A DNA stretch of 64,000 bases from Trichoplax sp. H2 (taxonomy: Eukaryota): positions 496,001-560,000 of the forward strand of contig NOWV01000001.1 in NCBI GenBank assembly GCA_003344405.1, given 5' to 3'. This document shows, piece after piece, positions 1-19,348 of this stretch. Position 1 is the first letter of the stretch. Every line of letters begins with the position of its first letter. The translations under genes were made by a program, and so were the position numbers. The notes under the pieces are model-generated. The model worked only from the letters and a program-made list of their open reading frames with translations. It made no database searches and had not been told where the DNA came from.

Positions 1-261
1 ACAATACTTTACCGTAGCGCATACACATCCTTTCCATCCGCGTGTCTGTCGCTCGGTTGATAATATAATATCATATCCTACAGTAGACTTTTCAGTACAG
101 TACTGCATCTCTAATGCAATACTGTACAGTACAACCAGACGGAGATGTCACGCACGTATGACTTCACTCCACAGCAAAGGGTACAGTACTATCATACTGT
201 ACAGTACAGTACCATGATGCTTGGACAGTACTGTACACTGTACAGTACTGTACTGTACTGT

Positions 262-478
262 ATGTCTGGGGGGATCTTGAATCTTGATTCATAAAATGTG
301 AGAGTCACATGATAGAAACGCTTCATTGTACCAAGCATATGCGCCTATTGTATCGTACAGTACAGTACAGTACTGTACTGTACTGTACTGTCGAGTGTAG
401 TACTGTACACTGTACACTGTACGGTACCGTATGTAGTACCTGTCTGTTCGGCGCGGACAGGTCCGCAATCTCCGCCAT
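262..478 (-). CDS. Tentative 5' exons of an unidentified gene running off the left edge (MAEIADLSAPNRQ|AHMLGTMKRFYHVTLTFYESRFKIPPDI...)
   Basis: ATG at 478, 39-nt exon ending CAG|gtacta (440), acceptor atag|GCG at 344 continues open in phase 0; head-to-head with the 1307 gene. Downstream exons could not be joined with certainty. Confidence 0.3.
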
Positions 479-1306
479 CCGTGCTCATCTCTCATCACTC
501 TGCTACGGTTTTTGCCTTTTTTTGGGTACAGTATTATTTTTATTTCTATGGCAGGGGACTTGCACGTGATAGCAGCAAATCCTTTGAAAAAACTAGGCTA
601 CTACTAGGCATACTACAACAACGATAAACTATACAATGTACTCTCAGCAGGGTACAATCATGTGACAATGACAGCGTATAGAAGTCTGTACAGTACAGTA
701 CAGTACGGATGGTATCACTGATACTGCACATACCGTTAGCTAGTTATTAATTAATGTACTGGGCTGTACTGTCAACTTAACTGATGTTATCCACGCTAAT
801 CATAGTAATTACCCGATTTAATTATACAGTATAGTATTTGTTTGCTAATAATTATACAGTAGGTTACAGTTAAATACTTTAATTTACTGTTAGTTTTATT
901 TTGTCAATCGAAACTGTTTGCTATATACTGTGCGGTACTGCCAGCAAGTAATAGCTTGAACACTGTGGAGATACATCGGTATTGAGATTCTGGTATAGGA
1001 ATAACAATTATATCTGAACTAGTTATAGTTAAGTAGGCGTCAGTCAATTAATCGTTGACGTAGTTGTTAACGTTTAAAAAAAAAAAAAAAATCATTGACC
1101 GTAACACGCTTGTACTAGTGTATAATAGAATAATACAGAACTAAGTAGACGAATCATTCCCATTCTAGAACACACTATATCATACAGTGCTTTGCAGCTA
1201 GAAAATATTGTTAATTGCAAATATCTACTAGTAGTTATCGACTTAAAAGCGTTTTGTAAAGCGAGCTACATCTACAGTACAGTACACAGTTATTTTAAAA
1301 ATCATC

Positions 1307-3483
1307 ATGGCTGAAGAAGTCTCTGCAAAACCCAAGTCTTCCTATAGCAGCTATACTGCTTTCTTCTTTTTAGTCAATTATATCCTTGGTACTGGATTTC
1401 TTGGCATCCCGTATGTTATGTACCACAGTGGGATAATTTCTTGCACATTTACGTTGATGGTAATAACCGTCTTTAACTGCTTCGGAGCTCTGTGGATAAT
1501 CGAAAGTATGGCTAGAGCTTATGTAAGTCTTGTCAATATAGACTACTTTATATGTATCGGATGAAATTAGCATTACGCCTTACGTATTCGCAGGTGGTAC
1601 TACAAATTGATTAGCGATGATGATTGAGGTATATGTGTATGCTATTAGTATTCGCAAGTGGTACTATAAATTTATTAGCGATGATGATTGAGGTATATGT
1701 GTATGCTTTTAGCTAACAGCAATAAGGATCACATATTATGATTTTAACATGATTCATACGCTTAGATAAATCTTTTCCATTGAATTTACTTCTAAGCGAA
1801 TAAGATATGAGCGTATTGTAGAGCTCACATAATATTGAAAACATCAAGGAGTAAATCAGAGAGTGATTACAGCTTGCATAGAGGAGTCTTTATTCTAATT
1901 TTAACCTATTATGAGCGTATTGTAGAGCTCACATAACATTGAAAATATCAAGGAGTAAATCAGAGCGTGATAACAGCTTGCATACAGGAGTCTTTATTCT
2001 AATTTTAACCCATTCTATTTATAAGGCACTCGAAAAGCACTCTGAAGAAGATTCAAGTAGAAGATTAATCGATGATGAAAAACCGAATTATTCTACAATC
2101 GATTCGAAATTATCAAACGACGTTAGAAGTTTAAGTTTCTTATCAAGAAGAAAGTTCGAAATAACTGAGCTATGCGGCTGCTTTTTTGGAAAGAATGTAA
2201 AGTTACTATGCTTACTCATCGTCTACGTACAAATTACCTTAGCATCATGGTCTTTCACCACAGTTGCTGCTAGTACATGGTCTTCAAATATCCCTTTCGG
2301 TAATACTACCACTCTACGTCAGTGTACACCGGAAGATTTCGCAGATAATGTAATTCCAACAGAATTGGGATGTTTAAATAGCTATCGATTATGTGTTGGC
2401 ATTTATGGTGTTTTGGTAATAATATTGAGCTGCTTAGAATTAACCGAACAGAAAATTATCCAGATAATAATGGGACTTTTAAGATTTTTTGTAGTAACTT
2501 TCATGTGTATCAATTCTCTATATGCATACGCTGTAGCTCATGGCAATAGTCATTCAGTTGGCAACTCGGTAGATATTGGTCAAATGAACAATCTTCCAGA
2601 CTATAACACAACGTTAAGTAATGCAAATCCAGTTTTTTATAGCTTTGAAGGTTGGCTACAGGCTATACCAATATTTGTTTATGCTGAACTAATGCATTTA
2701 GGATTACCATCTATGCTTGAGCCAGTAGCCGATAAAAGAAATTTACACCGTCTCATAGTTGGCGTTTTTTGCATAATGGGTTTCATTTATATATTTATCG
2801 GTATTACAATATCAATCCGATTCCAAGGAAGTGTAGCTCAAATTGCAACATTAAATTGGATTCAATTTAGCAAAGAAGGAAATCCTACTTCACTTCGAGT
2901 AATGTCTTATATTGTTATTTTCTTCCCATCTCTTGACGTCTTATCTGCCTTTCCTTTAAGTGCAATAGCACTTTCAAATAATATTTACGCTGCTTTAACT
3001 GGCTACGACACAACAGAATTGGAAGCAGTTTCTCATTCACGAATGAAGCAAATTGTACTTCGACTATTTGTAAGCGTTGTACCGATAACATGTGCATTCT
3101 TTGTTGAAAGTTTAGTCACAATTCTACGCTGGGCCGGTCTCCTTGGTTTCTTCGTTTGCTACTTCATGCCTATTGGACTTCAGTTTTTTTCTCGTCGTAT
3201 GTATAGGCTTAAATTTGTCGATAACTGGAGTGCCCGTTATCAGGCAAGTACGGAAGAAGTTGTTGAAGAAAATCAAGTAGAACACACTAACTTAGTGTAC
3301 AATAAGCCTATGGATACGCCCTACTCGTCATGGTTTAGTGGAAAGAAAACTCTTTTCGTCACTTTAATATATGCTTTAACGGCTTTTGGTTTCACTATTG
3401 CCGGTATCGTGATGTCATCAGGTGGTTCTAGCCACGCCAATACAACTCATCTAGATATGACGGATATTGACTATGGCTATTAG
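1307..3483 (+). CDS. TMEM104: TMEM104-like (SLC38/AAAP family) amino-acid transporter, copy A; exons 1307-1522 and 2026-3483, about 557 aa
   Basis: TM1 motif VNYILGTGFLGIP, IIESMARA, RKFEITELC, FPSLDVLSAFP and many hydrophobic helices; GT-AG intron 1523-2025 joins in phase 0 (ARAY|ALEKH). Symbol means family-level similarity. Confidence 0.8.
1584..1712. repeat. Tandem duplication, 2 x 64 bp, in intron 1 of transporter A
   Basis: gtattcgca(g/a)gtggtacta...gaggtatatgtgtatgct at 1584 and 1648. Confidence 0.9.
1806..2010. repeat. Tandem duplication, 2 x about 104 bp, just upstream of the splice acceptor
   Basis: tatgagcgtattgtagagctcacataa...gtctttattctaattttaacc at 1806 and 1910. Confidence 0.9.
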
Positions 3484-4855
3484 AATACTGACCCGACCGC
3501 GAACGTTTCAATTAGATTTTTAATTGTTGCGAAAAGGTTTTTCGAGATTTTAGAAATATTTTAGCTATACGCATATATTAGATTATAAGTTCTGATCTGA
3601 AAACTTTACTTGTTATTGCTGCGTTTTCCCTGTATTTATAAGAGTACTATGAATTAGCTGTTTAAGTGTGTGATTTCTAGCTGGTTCGAATGATAAATTA
3701 CAATAGAATTATATGTTTGCTGTACGTTCAAAAGTAATTCAAAAATGTAAGGAAACTCAATTGCCTCAATGTATATGCGTATGCAAAGACTGAATTTTAC
3801 CACTGACTTTATACCACTGGTGTAGATATTGCGTGCAACATGAGCATGATACTATAGTAGAACAAGATAAAAGTTTACAAGTCAAATTTTACAGTCAACA
3901 TGAATTAAATTTTTTTATTTTATTTCATAATTTTTCTACGTCTACTAAATCGTTTATGAATGAATCTGAAACATTATAATAAAAAATATAATTTTTTTTC
4001 TTACATAATGTGTTGCATATGTATACGCATTAGATAGCTAGAAAGTAATTACTTGAAATAAGGATATTTATTCTGCAATAATATATATAATATAATGAAC
4101 AATTATATTATTAACAGTCTATAGCTATTCAATACCCACAAATCTTTATAATACTTAGTAAATTACCAGTTTAAATGAACGGGAACATAATCTGCACTAA
4201 GCAATATATTAAAAGAAAATTCACAGCTTGATTATCTTAAGTACTCCTGAGTGTAAAATCAAGTCGTTTATTGCTTTGACTAATACGCATACATGCGCAT
4301 ATTATGGAATTAGTACGAAAATTTGTACTCTATCATCTAGCTGTTAAGAGGCTTTCACTGGCACTTGAAAGCCCGAAACCCTTACAACAAAGTCCTTGCC
4401 AAATTCATGTAAATGATTATGTTACTCACTCAGTCCTTGATTTTAGCTAGTTCCAATACCCGTGCAACAGTAATTTGAGCAGTCTAGGATGCAAACTATT
4501 TTTATAAGCTTCAATCGATACCGTGCTGTTAACGTTTATGGGTTACTCAGTTCTAAAATATCCTAGTTCTATAGTCTCTAATCCCAGCAGTAAGTAGCTG
4601 TACAATGCAAGGAGATGAATGATAATTATTCAAATAAATTACAGATGCGGTATTTATTCTATAAGAAAGTTTACATTCAGCTGTTAAGATTTTTACCCCT
4701 TCTCAGCATGCTTACAAAGAGTCTAGACAAGATTAATGTCAAAGCATGCCGATACTTTGATTTTAGTCGGGGTTTTGCGCCACATACCCTTGCCAAGACA
4801 ATTTAAGCCAAGTTTACATTCCGAAACTCCAGCAACCTGCAGTTAAAACTTTTTC

Positions 4856-5618
4856 ACTGATCTACAGATACTTACAAAAGGAACTCCTACAGTATCACCG
4901 ACAGCGTAACCGATAGACCACTAAATTGTCCAATTTGCCACTTTCCATGGAAATATGGAATACAGTAGTTTTAAACGTTGGTTCATATTTTGCTATGACG
5001 CAAGCGTAACCGATAGACCACTAAATTGTCCAATATGCCAATTTCCATGGAAATATAGAATACAGTAGTTTTAAATGTTGGTTCATATTTTGCTATGAAG
5101 CAAGCGTAACCGATAGACCACTAAATTGTCCAATATGCCACTTTCCATGGAAATATGGAATACAGTACTTTTAAATATTGGTTCATATTTTGCTATGACG
5201 TAAGCGCAACTGATCTACAGGTACTTAGAAAAGGAACTCCTACAGTATCACCGACAGTGTAACCGATAGACCATTAAATTGTCCAATATGCCACTTTCCA
5301 TGGAAATATGGAATACAGTAGATTTGAATGTTGATTCATATTTTGCTATGACGCAAGCGTAACCGATAGACCACCACTAAACTGTCCAATATGCCAATTT
5401 CCATGGAAATATGGAATACAGTACTTTTAAATGTTGGTTCATATTTTGCTATGACCTAAGCGCAACTGATCTACAGGTACTTAGAAAAGAAACTCCTACA
5501 GTATCGTCGACAGCGTAACCGATAGACCATTAAATTGTCCAATATGCCACTTTACATGGAAATAGGGAAGACAGTAGATTTGAATGTTGATTCATATTTT
5601 GCTATGACGTAAGCGCAG
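4856..5618. repeat. Composite minisatellite: six ~100-bp A units and three ~48-bp B units in the order B-A-A-A-B-A-A-B-A
   Basis: A = agcgtaaccgatagaccactaaattgtccaatatgccactttccatggaaatatggaatacagta...catattttgctatgacg; B = actgatctacaggtacttagaaaaggaactcctacagtatcaccgac. Confidence 0.92.
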
Positions 5619-5976
5619 CTTCCTGCAGAACTGTACAGTACAGTGTACTGTACTGTACAGTTAGTATTATGGTCAAAACGCCCATTCACGTGATAGCAAT
5701 TTTTCAATACAGTAAGTATTCTGTAATACTGTAATATACAGTACTGTACTGTACAGTATATTCAGTAATATTCTGTTTGACTGAGAGTACTGTACTGTAC
5801 ACAATTTACAGTGAACACTACACTGTACACTGTAAATTGCTATTGTAATCCAAATTCAATCTTGTTATCCCAAAAGCTCAATCTTGAAAACAAGATCAAG
5901 GTAGAGTAGTATTGCCTTGCTAATGTGTTATCACAGTTAAAAGTCATTATTATAGTAAAGCAAAAGAGGAAAGAAG

Positions 5977-8710
5977 ATGCCAGCTGAAGAAGCTAGTAAT
6001 TACGGTGTTTTTATTGGCTATTTGTATCTTGTTAATTATATCCTTGGCACTGGATTTCTGGGTATACCCTACGTAATACATCATGGAGGAACCATAGCTG
6101 GATGTTTGACTTTATTAACAATCTCATTTTTTAGCTGTTTGACTTCGATCTGGACTTTAGAAACCATTTCAAGAGCACAGGTACATCGATAGAAATGCTT
6201 AAGTTGTGCTAATATCTGTTTCCCTTGCTATAAAGTACGATAGTATACTGTATAATTATATATAATTGTTATTCTGGACGCCAAATGGATCAAGTTGTAG
6301 TTTTTTTCCAATCCAGTTTTGGATGAACCTTTCATCATTATTATACATTATGAACTACTAATCGATTCTTCACTTACTCTACGTACTTCGCGTGCTATAC
6401 TGTACCAACTGTAATAATTATACCTTTTATTTTACATGTTATTACTGACTCACTCACATTATATCAGCTTGAATTTATTGATTGAATTGGATTCCCGCTT
6501 ACATTAGATAGGATTCGATTCTATTAATCAACTTCATATACAATGTATAAACATATACGCGTATACTGTACAGTATACAAGAATATATACAGTATATATA
6601 TATATATATACATAGTACTGTATGAAGATCAGTCGTATACTACGCTACTGTACTTATTATTAGACGTACATATTCTTTATAAGTCATTTGACGTTAACTT
6701 CATCTCAGTAATAGTATCTTTTGGCTGTATTTTCCCTTTTAATTAGGCGATAGAGCGTACATCGAGCGCCCAGGAGGAGGAAGTTACCAAAAAATTAATC
6801 AATGCTGAAGACTGTCAAGCTAGTTATGATTCTATCGAACAGTATCCCAATAACACTACGAATAACAACATTATTAGTTATGGTCAAATGAGTCGCAGAA
6901 AATTCGAAATTACCGAGTTATGCAATTTGTTCTTAGGCGATAAAGCGAAGATCGTATATATGCTTGTTCTGTTCGTTTACTTGGCGTTGGCTTGTTGGTC
7001 GTTTACTACGGTCGCAGCTAGCACATGGTCTTCAAACATTCCTTTTGGTAATGGATCAAGTCTACGTCAATGTACACAAGAAGATTTTCAGGATCGAATA
7101 ATACCTGAGGCTGGTGGTTGCCTAAATAGTTATAGGTTATGTGCTGGCATTTTTGCCGTTATTGTATTATCGCTTTCTTGCTTAGAAGTTACAGAACAAA
7201 AGATCATTCAAATTATTATGGGTATATTACGATTTGTCGTAGTACTCTTTATGTGTTTTAATTCAGTTGCTGATCTTACAAGCAAGGAAAATAAGCAAAT
7301 TCCATTTAGTAATGTTAGCCACTTTGAGCTCATGGACAGCAAACACGATCAACCATACACTACTTTGACATACAGCTATACAAATCCGTTGTACTACAAC
7401 TTTCGTGCTTGGGTACAAGCTATACCTGTCTTCGTTTATGCTCAAGTTCTCCATCAAGGTATCCCTATATTGATTGAGCCTGTAACACGAAAGCAACACT
7501 TGCGAACCATGGTTGTTGCTGTCTTTCTTACAATGTATACTTTGTACACATTTCTTGGTATTGTTATTTCCTATCGTTTTGGTGATAAGGTCTCGCAAAT
7601 ATCAACACTAAATTGGGTGAGTTAAACCATAAGATTGAATTAAATTTGAATTAAAAACGGAGTAAATTATAAGACAATATTTTACTCTTCAGTTTAAATT
7701 TGAGGCCTTGTATTATGATTTGTATTTCCTGATTTCAAACTTATTACAATCTAATCGAGTAGAGGATTTTCTGCTCTTTGTCTTTCATAATTTATCATCG
7801 CGTTTTATGAATCCAGAATGGTTACGTTTGCGAGCCATAAATATACCTAATAAACGATAACATATACCAAATAATCTACTCTAAGTTATCAGACTTGTCT
7901 TATGATTGTTTTACCTGCATTATATGATAAAGTTTCTATAGCATCCTCTTATGTATTATAGTTTATACAACTAGAAAAGTTGTATGATTTTAAATTAATT
8001 TACACGTAGAGATGCTAGCAGTTTAATAATACTTTGTTTCCTTTTTTGCGTTATCAAAGAGTGATTTCACGAAACCTGGTAATCCTACTTCTCTACGTGT
8101 TATGTCATACTTGGTAGTATTCTTCCCTTCGCTAGATGTTGTATCTGTATTTCCTATGGTGGCTGTTACTCTTGGTAATAACATCTTCACAGTCCTTTAT
8201 GGTGGTGATACAACTACTGTTACTAACATGCGCTATCCTCGGCTAAAACGCGTGAGTATGCGCTTGATTGCGGCGGCGTTACCTATCATTGGTGGTTTGT
8301 TTGTTGAAAGTTTAGTTGCTGTGCTAAAGTATGCTGGATTACTAGGATTTCTGATTTCTTACGCCTTTCCTATCATCTTGCAATATTATTCACGCCGTCA
8401 GTATAAAACTGCCTTTAAAAATTTGCAGTATGATCGCAGAAAAAAGCCTTGGGACAGAAGTCCAGCTACAAGTAAAAGTGTAAATGACGATAATGAGGAA
8501 CTGGATCAGAGTGATAACCAACACGAACAAGATGCTGTTACATATCAGCCACCCTGGGATACTCCTTATTCGACTATTTTAAGTGGGCGTAAAATGGTTC
8601 ACCTTTCTGCTGTTTATACTATTGCCGTTTTTAGTCTAACGATAGTGGGAATAGCTCTACCTACTGCGATGTCCCATAAACATAGCAATGTATCCGCAAT
8701 ATCATCATAA
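5977..8710 (+). CDS. TMEM104: TMEM104-like amino-acid transporter, copy B; exons 5977-6180, 6747-7616, 8060-8710, about 574 aa
   Basis: Collinear paralogue of copy A (VNYILGTGFLGIP, SRRKFEITELC, WSFTTVAASTWSSNIPFGN, GNPTSLRVMSY); both GT-AG introns join in phase 0. Confidence 0.8.
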
Positions 8711-9495
8711 AAAGTTTTTTTCTAGTTAGCACAATACCAATATAATGAAGTCACGCATATTATAATTTACTGTGATTGCTTTCTGATTGGAAAAACCTCA
8801 GATTAGTTGTCTTTACATCTGTAACAAACGACCATGTTGAGAAATAATCAAGATAATAAAATCTTGTAGTGATTTATAATATAGTCATATAATCGTACCG
8901 TTCTAATCTAGGAGTGCCAGTATGAACTACAGTATTATAGAGGCTTTTATATTTCGATCCACTTGATTGATTAATGAATTTCACAATAATCAATCACTAA
9001 AAAAGGTATTTGTTTACATGTATAATATGATCTTTGTTCATGAAATCCTACTTGTTGATATTATTTTCTAATTGTCGAATTAATACTGTATAATGATGTT
9101 TTCTAAATCCGTATTAGTATGTAAAAAATGTCAGTATGCCTAAATTATCATGTTGTGAAATATCAGATAAATTACGAAGTATGAAAAGGTCTGTATGAAG
9201 TTATATTTTCTTTACTTTTTAATCTACTATGTAGACACTATTTCAATGTCAAGATTGTGAGACCACTGAAATCTGATTAAATTAAATTCGTAATACTGTA
9301 TTGATGCAGGACCTACGTATGCTTGAATCATAGAAATTATTCAAATTAAAGAATATTTTTTAACATTCATTTAGATTTATTCTTATGACCTATGCTCGTA
9401 TAGCTACCAAGAAATTATAAAACCACTCAAGATTGTGTACCTTAAAATTGAGTTAGGTACTGGATGAGAATAATATCATTGTAGACCCTATCTTT

Positions 9496-10435
9496 AATAC
9501 TTGTGGCAGAAAGCATTAGCAGCAGCGTCAATTTCGTAATTCAAAATCTTAATAACTGACAAATTCACTCTCTTACGCATATACAGTAACACCATAATAT
9601 AATTGTAAAAAGTCTACTTAAGGAGAAGTAATAAGAGTTACAACGAACAAAAGTTCTAGCTCTTTAAACGGTCTTAAAATTTTTATCGAATGATTTTCAT
9701 AATCCATTAACAGAAAGCTAACCAACTATCCAATCAATAGTGTCAATTATAACATCATTTAATTTTACAATTACTATGTCATACTGCGTAATTATAGATT
9801 TGCATAAGAGTATGCTACTCCTTATAAAGAAAACTTTGATTTAGTGTAGAAGTCTATAACAGTTGCAGTTACATCTTTCCTAATTTCCTGTTTAACATGA
9901 AGTCAATTCGATAAAAATAACTTNNNNNNNNNNNNNNNNNNNNAATACTTGTGGCAGAAAGCATTAGCAGCAGCGTCAATTTCGTAATTCAAAATCTTAA
10001 TAACTGACAAATTCACTCTCTTACGCATATACAGTAACACCATAATATAATTGTAAAAAGTCTACTTAAGGAGAAGTAATAAGAGTTACAACGAACAAAA
10101 GTTCTAACTCCTTAAACGGTCTTAAAATTTTTATCGAATGATTTTCATAATCCATTAACAGAAAGCTAACCAACTATCCAATCAATAGTGTCAATTATAA
10201 CATCATACAAATCTCATTTCATCATGAAATAGAATAAATTTTGCATATTACCATTCTAGCCAAACAAAATTTAATTTTACAATTACTATGTCATACTGCG
10301 TAATTATAGATTTGCATAAGAGTATGCTACTCCTTATAAAGAAAACTTTGATTTAGTGTAGAAGTCTATAACAGTTGCAGTTACATCTTTCCTAATTTCC
10401 TGTTTAACATGAAGTCAATTCGATAAAAATAACTT
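9496..10435. other. Assembly gap (N 9924-9943) flanked by near-identical copies 9496-9923 and 9944-10435
   Basis: Both copies start aatacttgtggcagaaagc and end cgataaaaataactt; the second has an extra ~64 bp near 10207-10270 and a few SNPs. Confidence 0.9.
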
Positions 10436-10452
10436 AAGATTCAAGATAAAAT

Positions 10453-16625
<6,173 letters not shown>

Positions 16626-16761
16626 TTCTTTCAAGGTGGTTGAATTTTAGTATCTTTCACTTCACAGTATCAATTTCGAATTCACTTTTGCTGTCAGAAC
16701 TAGATTTCAACTTGTACCTAACAGGCCAAAGGCAAAAGTGGTTTTGTTTGACTAAACTGGA

Positions 16762-17628
16762 GTATTTTACGGACTGTTTAGGTAGAGTAGAGTACAGTAC
16801 AGTACAGTACAGTGATAAGAGTTTAGTGTGTACAGTATATTGTACTGTACATGTACTGTACAGTACACTGTACTGTACAGTGTACAGTAATGTTGGGCAA
16901 CAACCGGCTAGAGGATTCGGCGATTTTGGGTGTACAGTACAGTACAGTACAGTAGAGTACTGTAGACTACAGTGTCTTTTACGCGCACCGTGAGCATGTG
17001 TAGTCGTGACATGTAGCGTCTGCGCTTGTGCGAGAATCTGTTTCCAACGTATTTTACGGATTGTGGAGGTAGAGTACAACACAGTGTAGAGTGATAAGAG
17101 TTTAGTATGTACTGTACACTGTACACTGTTAGGCAACAACCGGCTAGAGGATTCGGTGATCTTGGGTGAACAGTACACACTACTGTACAGTGTACACTGC
17201 TGTATTCGTGATACGACATGTAGTATACTGTACGGTGCTGTACTGTACACTGTGATGTACAGTAGTGTACTGTACATACATTGGAAAAATTCTTTCACTT
17301 TTCTCCTGCAGACCTATACGGTACGATGTGAGCCAGTTCTCTTTAGAGTGCTATTAGGCAAAATTAATTGTAGCAAAGCTGCAAAATTTGCCTACAATTC
17401 TATACATAGTTATTCAGCTTTATATTCGTATAATTTTTATCACATTTCTATTCACTCTCGTGATTTTAGGGCACCTTAAAGTACTCTGATTCGAACTGGT
17501 TCACACTGTACAGTGTACAGTACAATCACTACAGTACACTACTGTACTGTGCCTTTTACGCGCACCGTGAGCATGTGTAGTCGTGACACGTAGCGTCTGC
17601 GCTTGTGCAAAAATCTGTTTCCAACGTA
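16762..17628. promoter_or_regulatory. Probable bidirectional promoter (CARM1/NKAPD1) with TACAG microsatellite and duplicated blocks
   Basis: Lies between divergent ATGs at 16625 and 17836; ggcaacaaccggctagaggattcgg at ~16897 and ~17132; a ~74-bp CpG-rich block ttttacgcgcaccgtgagcatgtgtagtcgtgac...ccaacgta at ~16977 and ~17554. Confidence 0.6.
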
Positions 17629-17835
17629 AGAGCGTGACTTCATATTCTATTGTAATGAATTAAATTTACAGTTAATTAATAGGTAGCACAGGATCTTGGC
17701 GGCCTTCTATGGAAATTAATAAGAATTTAAATTTTGATTTTGCTTTTACCCTACGGCCTACCAAAGTAGCTACCTTACTGTATTTATTTTTGAAGAGCTT
17801 GTCTCAATTAGACGTATTCTTGAGCTGCTAACAAT

Positions 17836-19348
17836 ATGGCCGATCAACCATCCAGTAGCAGCAGCAATATTTTGAAAGTCAGCGTGAATAAGTCACTGTT
17901 TAAGAATGTCATCAAGCATACTGAAGCTCATAACAAGGTTAGACGGATTGTGGATTGCTCATATGCTATAGCTTCAGGATAAATCTATTCGAATTCATCC
18001 CTATCCCATTAATATGACAAAATTAAAATTCACTACAGTTGGTAGTAAGAACAATTAAGCTCGCTGCTATGCCATGGCGTAAAATCTGATGTAGACCTAA
18101 TGTACTCATACAGCACAGTATTTACCTAGCGTGTCTGCAAAATTGAGTAATGCAGATAAGGGAGTACAGTACCTACTGGATTGTGGTAATGCTGTGACGA
18201 TTTCTATTTTACTGTTTCTATGTACTATGCGATCCATTATCTTGCTAGCTTGCATTTTACAATAAGTATCTTTCTTAATCTCTTGACGAAAGTAATTATT
18301 AAGATTATGTTGCTGCAATAGTGTGTGTCTTGTAAAGTAATGATACTGTCATGGAAAGAAAACAGTACGTATATGGAATAGACGAGTATGGACGTGTATC
18401 ACAAAATTTTTACTGTAGTAACTGCTACCTACGCTCATGCTTACTAAAATTAATTTACCTACATTGCATTGCTTTCTTGCAGGTCCAAGAAGTAAATGAA
18501 ATGTGGCGGCAGCACAAGGTTAGCAGTAAAGTAAAATCGAAGGATAGCACTAAGCGGAAAAGGTAAGAATTCGATTTCAATTTGCAATCACAACACTAGA
18601 TTGATAGTGCAACGCGGGTCTATTGTATATGTACATTTTATCTTACCCACTCTGTTAGAATAGGCAATACAATATTGTGTTAATACGAGTAGATGAATAA
18701 CTCTTGCATAGCGACACTTAGAATTGAGTGTTTGCTCTAAAATAGGAGTAAATTATACGAAACTTTTAACAGGGATTCAGAACGTCCAAAGAGGAGCAAA
18801 ATAGCTAAGCCTGAAAGTACGTATTGGACAAAGCAGTTACTCAATGTTGAAGAAGCAGATCCTGACAGGTAAATCGTTCACTTTTTGTTGCGATAAAAAG
18901 ACTATCGACGGTACCGTATTAATCAAACATACATAGACTGTTTTATCTGTCCAATTGACTGTAACGAAGTTGCACAATCACAAGTCATTAGATTTGTAAC
19001 ATATTTTAGTTCATTAATTCATCAGGTGGGGTCATGCCGGATATAAGGAGTTATATCCTGAAGAATTTACTCCTTCTCCGATATCGCTTACATCCAGCAG
19101 TAGTATAGACAGCAGTGTTGACAACAGAAAGAGAAAAAAAACAAGTAACGGGAAAAAAAAGTATAGCAACCATATATATATATATATATATGTATATACT
19201 ACATATATAAGTTTTATTCTTGCACAGGTAATGCCTGTCGTAAGATAGATACGCCTATACTAACTGCATTTGGGCCGTATTTGACTATAGAAAGTCCAAG
19301 AAAAAAAAGAAGAAAGAGTCTAAAAAAAAGAAAAAAAAGAAACTATGA
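17836..19348 (+). CDS. NKAPD1: NKAP domain-containing 1 (C11orf57)-like protein; exons 17836-17937, 18483-18562, 18773-18868, 19026-19160, 19291-19348
   Basis: LFKNVIKHTEAHNK|VQEVNEMW and [30 protein letters not shown] match remembered NKAPD1 motifs; lysine-rich C-terminus; all junctions GT-AG and in frame. Confidence 0.88.

Noticed and set aside
1-478. Weak resemblance of the left-edge peptide to RPP14/POP5-type proteins
   Set aside because: Similarity is impressionistic and exon phases could not be reconciled, so no name was assigned.
1939-2025. N-terminus of the 514-aa ORF (MKISRSKS...)
   Set aside because: Intronic read-through from a TTG inside a duplicated block; the real exon starts at the 2026 acceptor.
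4856-5618. Possible CRISPR array
   Set aside because: Units are repeated end to end with no unique spacers, there are no cas genes, and the context is eukaryotic.
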